Part shown: in pieces, positions 1 through 11,771 of the stretch
How the letters are laid out: each line of letters opens with the position of its first letter
Numbering within the stretch: the stretch's first letter is position 1
Made by a program: the position numbers and the translations under genes
DNA from: Gammaproteobacteria bacterium
GTDB taxonomy: Bacteria; Pseudomonadota; Gammaproteobacteria; Steroidobacterales; Steroidobacteraceae
Length of the DNA stretch: 64,000 nt
Assembly (NCBI GenBank): GCA_037443765.1
Contig: JBBINS010000002.1
Coordinates: 7,820-71,819, forward strand
Direction of reading: 5' to 3'
The notes under the pieces: model-generated
Databases searched by the model: none
What the model saw: only the letters and a program-made list of their open reading frames with translations
What the model was told of the DNA's origin: nothing

Positions 1-1
1 C

Positions 2-988
2 TTCCGCGGCCGGCGGGTCGCCGTCGTCGGCAGTGCCGCAAGCGCCGTGCAGATCGTCCCGACGCTGGCCGCACAGGCGGCGCGGCTGACGGTATTCCAG
101 CGGACACCGTCGTGGGTCATCGACCGGCCGGACCGGGCCTACGGCGCGCTGGCGCGCCGCCTGTTCCGGATCCCGCCGCTGGCGATCGCGTACCGCACGT
201 GGCTGTACTGGCGATTCGAGGCCAATTACGCGGCCTTCAAGGGTCGCGGCCCGATGTACCGGCTGCTGACGCGCATGGCGAGGTCGCACCTCGAGCGCCA
301 GGTCGCGGATCCGGCGCTGCGCGCGAAGCTGCGCCCCGACTACCCGATCGGCTGCAAGCGCATCCTGATCAGCAGCGACTTCTACCCCGCGCTCGGCCGC
401 GCGAACGTCGAACTCGTCGCGCAGGCCGCGGCCGGCTTCACGGCGGGCGGCGTCGTCGCGGCCGACGGCGGCGTTCGCGACGTGGACGCGATCGTGTGCG
501 CCACCGGCTTCGAGACCGTCGAGCCGCTCGCGCGCCTGCCGGTCACGGGCGTCGGCGGCCGGATGCTCGCCACGGCCTGGCGCGACGGCCCGGAGGCATA
601 CCACGGCATCACCGTCGCGGGCTTCCCCAACCTCTTCATGCTGCTCGGACCGAACACCGGCACCGGGCATACGTCGGTGCTGATCCCGATCGAGGCGCAG
701 GCGCGCTACGTCCTCGCCTGCATCGGCGAACTCGGCCGGCGCGGCGCCCGTTCGATGGACGTCCGCGCCGACGTCCTCGAACGGTACAACGCCGCGTTGC
801 AGCGGCGGCTCGCGGCGACCGTGTGGGCGTCGCCACGATGCACAAGCTGGTACAAGACGCGCTCCGGCAAGATTCTCGCCACCTACCCCGGCTACATCAC
901 GCGCTACGTGCTCGAGACCCGCCGGCCGCGCTACGCCGACTACGTCTTCGAGCCGGGCGCGGGTGCGCCCCCGTCGCCCAGAACCTGA
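2..988 (+). CDS. Flavin-dependent monooxygenase (FMO / Baeyer-Villiger type), N-terminus cut by window edge
   Basis: ORF 47..988 stays open in frame back to position 2 (FRGRRVAVVGSAASAVQ, a second dinucleotide-binding motif). It has the ATGFE motif and an FMO/BVMO-like C-terminal region. Confidence 0.75.
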   Translation, partial: FRGRRVAVVGSAASAVQIVPTLAAQAARLTVFQRTPSWVIDRPDRAYGALARRLFRIPPLAIAYRTWLYWRFEANYAAFKGRGPMYRLLTRMARSHLERQVADPALRAKLRPDYPIGCKRILISSDFYPALGRANVELVAQAAAGFTAGGVVAADGGVRDVDAIVCATGFETVEPLARLPVTGVGGRMLATAWRDGPEAYHGITVAGFPNLFMLLGPNTGTGHTSVLIPIEAQARYVLACIGELGRRGARSMDVRADVLERYNAALQRRLAATVWASPRCTSWYKTRSGKILATYPGYITRYVLETRRPRYADYVFEPGAGAPPSPRT

Positions 989-998
989 GGCCCACGCC

Positions 999-1928
999 AT
1001 GCCCTGGACCGCCCTGCTGCTCGTCGTCCCTGCCGTGGCGGCGCTGGTGCTCGCGCTCGAGTTCGCTGCGCCGCGATGGATGGCGCGCAGGTGGCTCGCA
1101 CTCGAGCGTGCGCGGGCGGGGCTGCGCGCCGCAAGCGTCGACGTCCCGGGCTTCTCGATGCCCTACCTCGACGGCGGCCGCGGTGAACCGCTCGTGCTGA
1201 TCCACGGCTTCGGCGCCGACAAGGACAACTTCACGCGGATCGCGGGCTCCCTAACGCCGCACTTCCGGGTCGTCGCGCCGGACGTGCCGGGTTTTGGTGA
1301 GGCGAGCCGCGATCCCGCGGCGCGCTACCACATCGACGCCCAGGTCGAGCGGTTGCGCGCCTTCATCGGCCAGCTCGGGCTAGGCGCCGTCCACCTCGGC
1401 GGCAGCTCCATGGGGGGATTCATCGCCGCGCAGTACGCCGCGACGTATCCCGCGGACGTGCGCAGCCTCTGGTTGCTCGACGCCGCGGGCGCGACGCTCG
1501 CGCGCGACACCGAGCTCATCGGCCGCTACATCGAAACCGGCGAGATGCCGCTGCTGGTTTGCCGGGAAGCCGACTACGGCGCGCTGCTGCGCGCGGTCAT
1601 GTACCGGATGCCGCTGCTGCCGCACTCCCTGCGCGTGGTGCTCGCGCGGCGGGCCGTCGCCGACTTCGACCTGCACACCCGGATCTTCCGCGAGATCGGG
1701 ATCGAGTCGCCGGTGCTCGACGATCGTTACCCGGCGATCCGCGCGCCGACCCTGATCGTCTGGGGCCGGGAGGACCGGATCCTCAGCCCGGCCGCCGGCG
1801 AGGCGATGCGCCGGTCGATTCCGCGATCCAGACTCGTATTGATGGACGCCACCGGCCACCTGCCGATGATCGAGCGCCCGCGGGCCACCGCGGCGGACTT
1901 TCTGGCGTTCGTCGCCGCCCCGCCCTGA
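999..1928 (+). CDS. Alpha/beta-fold hydrolase
   Basis: HGFGADKDNF oxyanion region and a GGSSMGG nucleophile elbow. I chose the ATG at 999 (MPWTALLL, N-terminal hydrophobic segment) over the track start at 963, which overlaps the upstream gene. Confidence 0.85.
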   Translation: MPWTALLLVVPAVAALVLALEFAAPRWMARRWLALERARAGLRAASVDVPGFSMPYLDGGRGEPLVLIHGFGADKDNFTRIAGSLTPHFRVVAPDVPGFGEASRDPAARYHIDAQVERLRAFIGQLGLGAVHLGGSSMGGFIAAQYAATYPADVRSLWLLDAAGATLARDTELIGRYIETGEMPLLVCREADYGALLRAVMYRMPLLPHSLRVVLARRAVADFDLHTRIFREIGIESPVLDDRYPAIRAPTLIVWGREDRILSPAAGEAMRRSIPRSRLVLMDATGHLPMIERPRATAADFLAFVAAPP

Positions 1929-2026
1929 AGGCCGGCCGCCGGCCGGCCTGCGGCAACCCCGGACGAGCGCCGGGGGCCGGTTCTGCGATAGTGGCCCATC
2001 CCCTCGGACGACCGGGAGTCGCCGCC

Positions 2027-2503
2027 ATGACCGCCGCCATTGATGCCCTGCGCTCGAGCCCGCTCGCGACCGAACTGACGCCCGCGGAGACCAAGGTGCT
2101 CGCCGAACTCGTCCGCATCCGGGCCCTCAAGGACGGCGAGGTGCTGCTGCCGGAGGGCGCCCGCGACGGTCTGCTGCACGTCGTCGTCAACGGCCGCATC
2201 GACGTGCTCAAGGACGGCGCCCACGGACGGACGCTGCTGCACACCGTCGAGCCCGGCGACCTCGTCGGCGAGTTGTCGTTCATGGACGACGAACCACGCT
2301 ATGCCGCGCTGGTCGCCTCGGGCGCGACGGAGGTGCTGGTCCTCGACCGGCGCGACTTCGAGACGCTCGTCGAGCGCGAACCGCGCGTGGTCTACAAGGT
2401 CATGCGCGCCGTGATGCGCGTCGCGCACAAGGTGCAGCGCCGGCTGAGCCTGCAGATGCGCGACCTCGAGAACTACCTGTACCGGACCGGCGCCAAGACC
2501 TGA
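2027..2503 (+). CDS. Stand-alone cyclic-nucleotide-binding domain protein
   Basis: 158 aa from the ATG at 2027. GELSF...RYAALVA phosphate-binding-cassette-like motif; no fused effector domain. Confidence 0.8.
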   Translation: MTAAIDALRSSPLATELTPAETKVLAELVRIRALKDGEVLLPEGARDGLLHVVVNGRIDVLKDGAHGRTLLHTVEPGDLVGELSFMDDEPRYAALVASGATEVLVLDRRDFETLVEREPRVVYKVMRAVMRVAHKVQRRLSLQMRDLENYLYRTGAKT

Positions 2504-2518
2504 CGCGTCCTGGCGCCG

Positions 2519-3247
2519 CTACGGCGGCGCCGATCCGGGCGGTAGCATCTCGGCCACCGTGACGAAGCGGAAGCCGCGCACCGCGAGCCCGTCGACGATG
2601 CGCGGCAGCGCCTCTGCGGTGTGCCAGCCGCGACCGTTGACGTGCAGAATCAGGATGTCGCCCGGCCGCGTCCGCGCGAGGGTCTGCGCGACCAGGCGGT
2701 CCGCATCGACCGTCGGCGACGGGTCGCCCTCCGCCCAGCGCCAATGGACGACCTGGTAGCCGAGCGAACGCACGAGCGCGACGGTGCGCTCGTCGGCATT
2801 GCCGCCCGGGAACCGGAACAGCGTCGGTCGGCGCCCGGTCAGCGCCACCAACACGGCCTCGGCGCGCCTCACCTCCGCACGCACGCGATCATCCGCGAGC
2901 AGGCGCATGTCGCGCGGATGGCTCCAAGTGTGATTCTGGATCGACACGAAGTCATGACGCGCGAGTTCCCGGACGTCGTCGGCATTGTCGCGCGCGAAGC
3001 GGCCGCCCATGAACACCGTGAACGGAATCCGGCGCTGGATCAGAAAGTCGGTGATCCCGTGGTCGAGGCGCATGCGCTCGAAGGCCTCGCAGGCATCGAA
3101 GGTCAGAGCCACCACCCGATCGCGCGTTGGCAGCCGCGTCACGATGCCCGCCGGCACTGCGTCGGCGGCTGCGGGCGTCGCGGCGGCGAGCGCCGGCACG
3201 CTGGCAAGCCAGCAGAGCACCGCCGCGCCGACGCGCACGCCGTTCAC
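2519..3247 (-). CDS. Polysaccharide deacetylase (NodB-type) family protein, secreted
   Basis: TFDAC, HTWSHP and FRFPGG motifs plus a signal-like N-terminus. The GTG start at 3247 overlaps the stop of the upstream GNAT gene (GTGA). Confidence 0.85.
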   Translation of the reverse strand: MNGVRVGAAVLCWLASVPALAAATPAAADAVPAGIVTRLPTRDRVVALTFDACEAFERMRLDHGITDFLIQRRIPFTVFMGGRFARDNADDVRELARHDFVSIQNHTWSHPRDMRLLADDRVRAEVRRAEAVLVALTGRRPTLFRFPGGNADERTVALVRSLGYQVVHWRWAEGDPSPTVDADRLVAQTLARTRPGDILILHVNGRGWHTAEALPRIVDGLAVRGFRFVTVAEMLPPGSAPP

Positions 3248-3753
3248 GGCGTACGCCACTCGCTGCGCAGGATCGACATGATGCAGCGATCGGCGCGCGT
3301 GCCGTCCGGCATCCGGTACGCCGACCGGAGCAGTCCATCCTCGCGCATGCCGGCGCGCCGGTAGACGTGGCGCGCACGCTCGTTGTGGGTGAAGACGTCG
3401 AGCCACAGGCGCTCGTTGGTCGTGGCCGTGAAGACCCAGTCGACGACGACGCCGAGGAATGGCGCGCCAAAGCCGCTGCCCGGCCGGGTCACGCAGATGC
3501 GCTTGAGCTTCGCCCCTTCGTGCGGGTCGGCGAGCGGCTGCAGGATCGCGAAGCCCTCGAGCTCGCCGCCCGGCCGGCCGCCGACGAGATAGCACGTGTC
3601 CGCCCGCGCCATCGCCGCGGCGTGCTCGTCCCGCGTCCACTGCGCCGTCAGCCGCTCGTAACCGGGAAGCCGCTCGGTCGCGAAGACGAAACCGACGTCC
3701 GCCGTCGTCGCGCGGCGCAGTTGCGAAACCGCACCCTGACCGGCCGCACGCAT
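3244..3753 (-). CDS. GNAT family N-acetyltransferase
   Basis: 169 aa with an RxxGxG/A-like acetyl-CoA loop (TRPGSGFGAPF) and the HNERARHVYRRAGM motif. Confidence 0.85.
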   Translation of the reverse strand: MRAAGQGAVSQLRRATTADVGFVFATERLPGYERLTAQWTRDEHAAAMARADTCYLVGGRPGGELEGFAILQPLADPHEGAKLKRICVTRPGSGFGAPFLGVVVDWVFTATTNERLWLDVFTHNERARHVYRRAGMREDGLLRSAYRMPDGTRADRCIMSILRSEWRTP

Positions 3754-3756
3754 TCC

Positions 3757-4005
3757 TCAGATCCCCGCCTTGCCGAGCAGGTCGCCGACCTGGCGCAGCG
3801 TTGCCGCGACGGCCGGGTGGTCCGCCTCGAAGCGGACCGCCAGCGCCTCGAAGCCGCCCGGCGTCGTCGGCGCCGCGAGCCCGAGCCTCTCGATGTCGGA
3901 GACGACGACCCCGAGCAACCGCCAAGACTCCGCGTCAAGCGTTGCCGCCCGCGCCAGCTCGTCGTGCAGGCGCTGGAGGAGCGAGTTGAGTTGTTCACTG
4001 GACAT
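3757..4005 (-). CDS. DUF4404-like small protein
   Basis: 82 aa from the ATG at 4005 (MSSEQLNSLLQRLHDEL ... FEADHPAVAATLRQVGDLLGKAGI). The rest of ORF 3757..4218 is Arg-rich and unlikely to be coding. Confidence 0.65.
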   Translation of the reverse strand: MSSEQLNSLLQRLHDELARAATLDAESWRLLGVVVSDIERLGLAAPTTPGGFEALAVRFEADHPAVAATLRQVGDLLGKAGI

Positions 4006-4082
4006 GAGGCCACTCCCGGGCGTAGACACCGCACCGATTCTACGTGATCCGGAGGCCGGCCCCGGCGGCCACCGCAATAAAC

Positions 4083-4109
4083 GGGGCGGGCCCACCAGGC
4101 GCCCGCCCC
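4083..4109 (-). terminator. GC-rich hairpin downstream of hsp20 (candidate intrinsic terminator)
   Basis: GGGGCGGGC-N9-GCCCGCCCC is a perfect 9-bp stem. On the minus strand it is followed by GTTTATTG. Confidence 0.4.
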
Positions 4110-4136
4110 ACCGAGACCTCGCTCGAGTCAGGTCCG

Positions 4137-4589
4137 CTACTGGACGGCGATCTCGATCGGCTTCGGCATCGCCGCGACCACCTTCGGAATGTGGACCGTC
4201 AGCACGCCTTCCGCGCATTCGGCGCGGATCTTGGCGACGTCCACGTTCTCGGGCAGCGTGAACGTACGGACGAACTTGCCGTAGAACGTCTCGACGCGAT
4301 GCACCGTGTCCTTCTTCTCGTCGACGGCGAACTTGCGCTCGCCACGGATCTTCAGGAGGCCGTCAACGACGTCGATCTTGACGTCTTCCTTCTTGACTTC
4401 CGGGAGCTCGGCCTTCACGAGGTACTCGTCCTTCTTCTCGATGATGTCGGCATTCGGACGCCACTCGGCGGTGATGTCGAGCTTCCGCGGCCAGGCGATC
4501 CGCGGCATGAAATCGCCGCTGAAGAACGGCTCGAACCGATCCAGATAACCTTCAAACGCCTTTACTGGGAATAGATCGCGGGCAAGCAT
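4137..4589 (-). CDS. Hsp20/alpha-crystallin family small heat-shock protein
   Basis: 150 aa with an alpha-crystallin domain (YLVKAELPEVKKEDVKI ... GVLTVHIPK). AGGAGG Shine-Dalgarno at 4595..4600. Confidence 0.92.
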   Translation of the reverse strand: MLARDLFPVKAFEGYLDRFEPFFSGDFMPRIAWPRKLDITAEWRPNADIIEKKDEYLVKAELPEVKKEDVKIDVVDGLLKIRGERKFAVDEKKDTVHRVETFYGKFVRTFTLPENVDVAKIRAECAEGVLTVHIPKVVAAMPKPIEIAVQ

Positions 4590-4788
4590 GGCATCCTCCT
4601 AACCCCCACCCGCTGCGGCTGGTGTTGCCGCGTCGTCTTGGGTGGGCAACGGAAGCGTGCGCGTTCGTGCCGCGCCGTGCCATTGGCAGAGTGGCGATAT
4701 ATCTAGGCGCACGCCCATGGCGGGCTTCGCCGCCCGAAATACCCGCACCCTGCAGAATCAGCGTGTTGCGCGCCGTGCGCCCAGCGCG

Positions 4789-5382
4789 TCACACCGTCGC
4801 GAATCGCCTCGCGTGTGCGCTCCACGGCGGCGCGCTCGCGAGCGCCGCGACGACCTCGTCAGCGCTCGCGACGACCTGCCACATCTCGAGATGACGCGCG
4901 TCCATGAAGCGCTCGCGCACCGCGGACGCGAACAGGGCCAGCAGCGGGGCGTAGTAGTCGCGCGTGTTGACGATCACGATCGGCCCGAGGAACACGCCGA
5001 GCCGCTTGAGCGTGATCGCCTCGAGCAGCTCCTCGAAGGTCCCGCAACCGCCCGGCAGCGCGACGACGGCCTCGCTGCGCGACAACATCAGGTGCTTGCG
5101 CGTCCGCATGTCCTCGACGATGTGCAGCTCGGTGAGGCCGTCGTGCGACACCTCGAGGTCCTTGAGGAAGCGCGGCAGGACACCGATCACGCGCCCGCCG
5201 CGCGCGAGCGCGCCGTCGGCGAGCGCACCCATCGAACCGATCCGGCTGCCGCCATAGACGATCGCGCGGCCATCATCGGCGAGCAGCCCGCCGAGCCGCC
5301 GAGCCGCCGCGTGGTACTCGGCATCGCAGCTGCCGCTCGAGGCGCAGTACACGCACACGGTGCGCGCCAGTCGCTCGCTCAT
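4789..5382 (-). CDS. LOG family (TIGR00730-type) nucleotide 5'-monophosphate nucleosidase
   Basis: 197 aa from the ATG at 5382, with PGGCGTFEELLE and GVLP motifs. The 1012-aa ORF containing it is a shadow-ORF extension. Confidence 0.9.
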   Translation of the reverse strand: MSERLARTVCVYCASSGSCDAEYHAAARRLGGLLADDGRAIVYGGSRIGSMGALADGALARGGRVIGVLPRFLKDLEVSHDGLTELHIVEDMRTRKHLMLSRSEAVVALPGGCGTFEELLEAITLKRLGVFLGPIVIVNTRDYYAPLLALFASAVRERFMDARHLEMWQVVASADEVVAALASAPPWSAHARRFATV

Positions 5383-5460
5383 CGCTTCACCCTGCCGGCG
5401 AGGAGGGAGCCGCCATTCTAGCGAATGCCGGCGGCGCGGCGCGGCGCATAATGCCCGCGC

Positions 5461-6522
5461 ATGGCAGCCGACTCCTTTTTGGGCGGCGCGGCGCGGGCCT
5501 TTGCCAGCCCGCCGCTCCTGCTCACGGCGGTCACCACCGCCGTGCTGGCGATCGGCGACGCCGCTGGAATGATCGGCATCCCGGTGCTGCTGATCGGCAG
5601 CTCGTGGGTCTGGACCTACACGTACCTGCTGGTCAGCGCCACCGCGCACGGGCGGCCGCTGCCGGTGCTCGCCGTCGAGAACGCCAACCCGTGGCACGAG
5701 CCGCGGCCGCTGCTGCAACTCGCGATGCTCGGGACCGCGGCGAGCCTCGCATGGTGGCTCGGCGAGCACGTCGGGCGGTGGGCCGCGGTCGGCGTCGCGG
5801 CCGCGACGCTGCTGTCCTTCCCTGCCTCGCTCGCGCTGCTCGCCGTCGAGGGCGAGCCGCTGCGCGCCGCGTCGCCCGTTGCGATCGTGCGCGTCGCGCT
5901 GGGCCTCGGACCGCGCTACCTCGCCGTGGTCGCGCTCGGTGGTGCCTACGGGGTCGTCACGATCGGGCTCGCCCGAGTCGTGCCGACGTTCGTCGTGGTC
6001 GCCGTCGGACAGATGCTGCTGTACTCGCTGGCGACGGCACTCGGCGTCGCGCTGTACGCGCGCCGCCACGAACTCGGCCTCGAGGCATGGCACTCGCCGG
6101 AGCGCGACGCGGCGCGTGACGCCGCGCTCGCCGACCGCGACCGGACGGCGCTCGCGGCCGAGATCTACGGGCTCATGCGCGCCCGCCACCCCGAGGTCGC
6201 GTGGTCGCGGGCGACCGCATGGCTCGAGGCGGCCGGTCGCGATCCGGCGGCGATCCTCTGGCTGCGCGATCGTGCGCTCGAGTGGGACGAGCGGCGCTTC
6301 GCCGACCGGCTCGGCGAGGAACTCGTGTCGCGACTGATCGCCCTCGGCCGCCGCGGCGAGGCGCTCGCGGAGGTCGAGGCCTGCTGGCGGCGGGGCGGCA
6401 GCTTCGCGCCTATCGACTACCGCGACCGCGACGTGCTCGAAGGCGTCGCCCGCGAGCTCGGGCGCGACGTCGTGCGCGAGCGCCTGCGGGCCGAGCGCGG
6501 GCGGCGCGGCGAACCGGCCTGA
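5461..6522 (+). CDS. Hypothetical polytopic membrane protein with soluble helical C-terminal domain
   Basis: ATG at 5461. Several hydrophobic helices in the first ~210 aa, then an Arg/Glu/Ala-rich helical tail. I recognise no family. Confidence 0.55.
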   Translation: MAADSFLGGAARAFASPPLLLTAVTTAVLAIGDAAGMIGIPVLLIGSSWVWTYTYLLVSATAHGRPLPVLAVENANPWHEPRPLLQLAMLGTAASLAWWLGEHVGRWAAVGVAAATLLSFPASLALLAVEGEPLRAASPVAIVRVALGLGPRYLAVVALGGAYGVVTIGLARVVPTFVVVAVGQMLLYSLATALGVALYARRHELGLEAWHSPERDAARDAALADRDRTALAAEIYGLMRARHPEVAWSRATAWLEAAGRDPAAILWLRDRALEWDERRFADRLGEELVSRLIALGRRGEALAEVEACWRRGGSFAPIDYRDRDVLEGVARELGRDVVRERLRAERGRRGEPA

Positions 6523-6570
6523 CGCCCGCCCGGAATTGCGGCGCCGGTGCGATCCCGTCAGACTTCCCGC

Positions 6571-7941
<1,371 letters not shown>

Positions 7942-8254
7942 CGGCGCTGCCGCGGACGCGACGGTTCAGCGGGGCGCGGGGCCCCGCGGGCGCCGTGGGC
8001 AGGCGGCGGGCGGCCGGCCTGTACTCGCGGCCAGATGCCGGCGCCAGCGGATGCCCTGCACGAGCCCCGCGTACAAGAGCCACACTGCGCTCTCGGGCGT
8101 CATCAGGGATTCCGGATCTCGAGGGGCATTGGGTTTCACGACGACCTCCCGGCTTCCCTCCATGGATCGGCCGGACCGGGCGACGCTTGAGCCGCGCCAC
8201 TTCAGGAAGCCGAAAGCGTGACCGGCTGCCCGTCCCGGGCCGCCGCGCACCGCC

Positions 8255-10975
8255 CTACCCGGTCGCCTGCAGGCCCTGGGCGATGCCGGCGATGCTGGCG
8301 ATCAGTGCGTCCTGCAGGTCGAAGTCCTGCCGATCGGTCGCCCGCCAGCGCCGCAGCAGGTCGATTTGCATCAGGTGCATGGGGTCGACGTAGGGGTTGC
8401 GGAGCTTCATCGCCCGCTGGATCCCCGGTTCGCCGTCGAGCAGGCGTCGCTGGCCGCGCAACCGCAGCAGCCACTCGCGCGTGCGCTCGAACTCGGCGCG
8501 CACCGTCGTGAAGTGACCGCGGTGCGCCGGCGCGGCGAGCTCGGCGTACCACGCCGCGATGTCCATGTCGGCCACCGTCATGCCGAACTCGACCTCGTCG
8601 AGGAGCAGCCCGAAGAACGACCACTGCGCGAGCATCCGCTCCAGTACCGGCGCACCGTGGCGCGCGGCCGCGGCGTCGAGCCCGGAGCCGATCCCGAACC
8701 ATGCCGGCAACAGGTGGCGGCTCTGGCTCCAGGCGAAGCCCCACGGCACCGCGCGCAGCGCGTCGAGACCGGAGCGCCCCGCGCGGGTCGCCGGCCGCGA
8801 CCCAATCTGCATCCGCTCGATGACGTCGATCGGCGTCGCGTCCCGGAAGTACTCGTAGAAGCCGTCGGCCCCGTGGACCAGGTCGCGGTACGCGGCGCGG
8901 CTCGCCGCCGCGAGGACGTCGAGCGCCTCGCCGAACACGGGCTCCGGCGCCGGCCGGGCGGGCCGGCCGGCGAGCGCCTGTAACGCGCCGCCGAGCGACT
9001 GCTCGAGGCTGCGCATCGCGATCGGCCGCAACGCGTAGCTCTGGTTGATCACCTCGCCCTGCTCGGTGACGCGCAGCACGCCGTGAAAGCTGCCGGGCGG
9101 CGCGCTCTTCAGGATCGTCTCGATTCGGTTCGTGCCGCGCCCGGTCGTGCTGCCGCGGCCGTGAAACACGGTCAGCGCGACACCCGCCTCCGCCGCCGCC
9201 GCGGCCAGGGCGCCCTGCGCGCGATGCAGGGCCCAGCGCGACGCGGCGAAGCCGCTCTCCTTGTTGCTGTCGGCGTAGCCGATCATGACCACCTGCCGAT
9301 CGCCGCGCGCGGCGATGTGGCGCCGGTAGATCGGCTCGGCCAGCAGCACGCGCAGCGTGCCGCCGCTGCCGTCGAGCGCGTCGACCGACTCGAACAGCGG
9401 AGCGACGTCGAGCGGCACCTCGCCGATCCGCTTGTCGACCATCTCCGCCCAGCGCGCGAGCAACAGCACCGACAGTACGTCGTCCGGCCCCGTCGCACCG
9501 CTGACCACGTAGTCGCCGATCGCCTCCCGGCCGTGCCGGTGGCGGCCGTGCATCAGCTGCTCGAAGACCGCGAGCGTGCGACGCCCGACGGCATCGAGCG
9601 GGTGCGCCGGTCCCTCGTCCCGCTCGAGGGCGAGCCGTACGCGCTCGAGTCGCTCCGCGGCCGACCGGACGCCGAACTCGGCCTCTCCGAGCCCCTGCCC
9701 GACCACGGCGCGGTGGACATCCGCATGCTGGCGCACGTCGAGCGTCGCGAGATGGAAGCCGAAGGTTCCGACGCGCCGCAGCAGGCGCTCGACATGGAAC
9801 AGTCCGGCGCGCGTGCCCTGGTTGCTGGCGAGGCTCTCGGCCATGACCTGCACGTCGGCGAGGAACTGGCCGGCGTTCTCGTAGTGGTGCGGGCGTCCGT
9901 CGTAGGTATTGCGCAGGCGCGCGGCGAGCTGGGCACAGAACTGCCGGTACGGCATGCGGTCGTGGCGCGCCGGGGCGCCCTGCTGCGCCGCCGGCATCAG
10001 CATCGAGTACTGGTCGATGCGCGACTCCAGCGCCTTCGACACGCCGACCCGGCTCGCGCTCTGCGACAGCCGCTCGCCGAGGCGCTGCACTTCGACGTAG
10101 TAGGCGTTGACGATCACCAGCTGCTGCCGCTGCAGCGTCTCGCGAATCGTCTTCGCGTGGACGTCGGGCGCGCCGTCCATGTCACCTCCGACCCACGAAC
10201 CGAAGCGCAGCACCCGCGGCAGGTCGTGCGCGGTCAGCGTCGCGCCGAAAGCCTTCTCGATCGCGGTCGCGAGCTCCTCGTAGAAGCCGGGCAGGATGCG
10301 GTACAGGATCTCGGCGAGGAAGAACAGCACGTGCTCCCGCTCGTCGGCCACCGTCAGGCGCTCGCGCGGGTGCTCCTCGGTCTGCCAGCCGGAGGTGAGC
10401 TCGGTGCGGATCTGCTCCCAGGTCGCGCGCCGCTCGCCGGGCGTGATCGACGGATCCAGCCGATCGAGCAGCAGCTCCGCGATCTGCTGCTGCTTGCGCA
10501 GGATCGTGCGCCGGGTCGACTCGGTCGGATGCGCCGTGAACACCGGGTAGACGCACAGCTGCGACAGCCGCCCGCGGATGTCGGCGAGCGTGCAGCCGTC
10601 CTTCGCGAGGCGCGCGAGCGCGTCGTCGAGGCCCCCCGGCTGGGGCTGCGCCGAGTTGTTGAGGTACTCGCGGCGTCGCCGGATCCGGTGCACCTTCTCG
10701 GCGAGGTTGACGACGTGGAACCAGGTCGAGAACGCGCGCACGAGGTCGCGCGCCTCCCTCGGGTCGCGGCCGCGTGTTCGCCGCAGCAGCTCCGCCTCGC
10801 CGCCGTCCACGCCCTCGCGTCGCTGGATCGCGGCGACGCGGTCGCCCTCGACCAGGTCGAAGCGCTCGCGTCCGCACTGCTCGAGGAGGATCTCGCCGAC
10901 GAGGGCGCCGAGCGCGTGGACGTCCTCGCGTAGCGGCGCGTCCTTGGCGGGGAACTGGATGTTCTGACGGTACAT
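8255..10975 (-). CDS. ppc: Phosphoenolpyruvate carboxylase
   Basis: 906 aa with VFTAHPTE, GYSDSNKESG-like (GYADSNKESG) and FHGRGSTTGRG motifs and a C-terminal ...GLQATG. Confidence 0.95.
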   Translation of the reverse strand: MYRQNIQFPAKDAPLREDVHALGALVGEILLEQCGRERFDLVEGDRVAAIQRREGVDGGEAELLRRTRGRDPREARDLVRAFSTWFHVVNLAEKVHRIRRRREYLNNSAQPQPGGLDDALARLAKDGCTLADIRGRLSQLCVYPVFTAHPTESTRRTILRKQQQIAELLLDRLDPSITPGERRATWEQIRTELTSGWQTEEHPRERLTVADEREHVLFFLAEILYRILPGFYEELATAIEKAFGATLTAHDLPRVLRFGSWVGGDMDGAPDVHAKTIRETLQRQQLVIVNAYYVEVQRLGERLSQSASRVGVSKALESRIDQYSMLMPAAQQGAPARHDRMPYRQFCAQLAARLRNTYDGRPHHYENAGQFLADVQVMAESLASNQGTRAGLFHVERLLRRVGTFGFHLATLDVRQHADVHRAVVGQGLGEAEFGVRSAAERLERVRLALERDEGPAHPLDAVGRRTLAVFEQLMHGRHRHGREAIGDYVVSGATGPDDVLSVLLLARWAEMVDKRIGEVPLDVAPLFESVDALDGSGGTLRVLLAEPIYRRHIAARGDRQVVMIGYADSNKESGFAASRWALHRAQGALAAAAAEAGVALTVFHGRGSTTGRGTNRIETILKSAPPGSFHGVLRVTEQGEVINQSYALRPIAMRSLEQSLGGALQALAGRPARPAPEPVFGEALDVLAAASRAAYRDLVHGADGFYEYFRDATPIDVIERMQIGSRPATRAGRSGLDALRAVPWGFAWSQSRHLLPAWFGIGSGLDAAAARHGAPVLERMLAQWSFFGLLLDEVEFGMTVADMDIAAWYAELAAPAHRGHFTTVRAEFERTREWLLRLRGQRRLLDGEPGIQRAMKLRNPYVDPMHLMQIDLLRRWRATDRQDFDLQDALIASIAGIAQGLQATG

Positions 10976-11120
10976 CGCGGAGCAGCGGGGCCGGCGGGTC
11001 GGGGTGGGCGGCCCGAATGATATCAGGCGGCCTCCGGAGCCACGTCGCGGGTACCCCGCACCCGCCCCCGACGCCGCGAGGACTCGCGCCCGCCAGCGCC
11101 GCTGCGGCGCAAGCGCCGAA

Positions 11121-11771
11121 TCAGCGCGTCGCGCGCGTCGACCGCAGGGCCGCCGCCTGGCGTGCGAGCGCGGTCACCGCGCCGTAGTCGCGGGCGGCGA
11201 GCGCCGCTTGCGGGGCCAGCGAGGACATGCCGACGCAGAGCACGTTCGGCAGCGCGAGGTAGTCCGCGGCCGAGCGCAGGTCGATGCCGCCGGTCGGGCA
11301 GAAGCGCACGCCCGGGAACGGCGCGGCGAACGCCTTCAGCATCCCGACGCCGCCGGCGTGAGCCGCCGGAAAGAACTTCAGCGTGTCGAGCCCGGCGGCG
11401 AGCGCCGCCATCAGCTCCGTCGGCGTCGCGACGCCGGGGAGCATCGCGGCGCCTTGGCGCGCCCCTTCGGCGCAAAGCGCGGCGGAGAACCCGGGTGAGA
11501 CGACGAACTGGCTGCCGGCCGTGAGCGCCGCGGCGAGTTGGGCCGCGTCGACGACGGTGCCGGCGCCCACGATCGCCTGCGGAACCTCCGCGCGGATCGC
11601 CGCGATCGCGGCCAGCGCCGCGCTCGAACGCAGCGTGACCTCGAGGACCGGCAGGCCGCCCGCGATCAGCGCGCGCGCGAGCGGCACGGCCGTCTCGGCG
11701 TCGGTGATCGTCAGCACCGGAATCACCGGCGCCCGCGTCAGGATTTCGCCGATCCGAAGGCTCACAGACAT
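11121..11771 (-). CDS. eda: KDPG / KHG aldolase
   Basis: 216 aa from the ATG at 11771 with [14 protein letters not shown] and KFFPA motifs. Overlaps the edd stop by 10 nt. Confidence 0.9.
   Translation of the reverse strand: MSVSLRIGEILTRAPVIPVLTITDAETAVPLARALIAGGLPVLEVTLRSSAALAAIAAIRAEVPQAIVGAGTVVDAAQLAAALTAGSQFVVSPGFSAALCAEGARQGAAMLPGVATPTELMAALAAGLDTLKFFPAAHAGGVGMLKAFAAPFPGVRFCPTGGIDLRSAADYLALPNVLCVGMSSLAPQAALAARDYGAVTALARQAAALRSTRATR

Noticed and set aside
4590-4650. Nested inverted repeats in the hsp20 5' leader: CCCACCC/GGGTGGG at 4605..4611 and 4640..4646, GCGGC/GCCGC at 4615..4631, and GTTGCC/GGCAAC at 4624..4650. I considered this as a ROSE-like or fourU RNA thermometer.
   Set aside because: None of the predicted helices pairs with the AGGAGG Shine-Dalgarno (4595..4600) or the start codon, and I see no U(U/C)GCU anti-SD element. 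Structure alone is not evidence in GC-rich leaders.
7976-7987. The GC palindrome GCGGGGCCCCGC downstream of sdaA, considered as a terminator.
   Set aside because: It has no loop (at best a 4-bp stem) and no T-tract. Such palindromes are frequent by chance in this composition.
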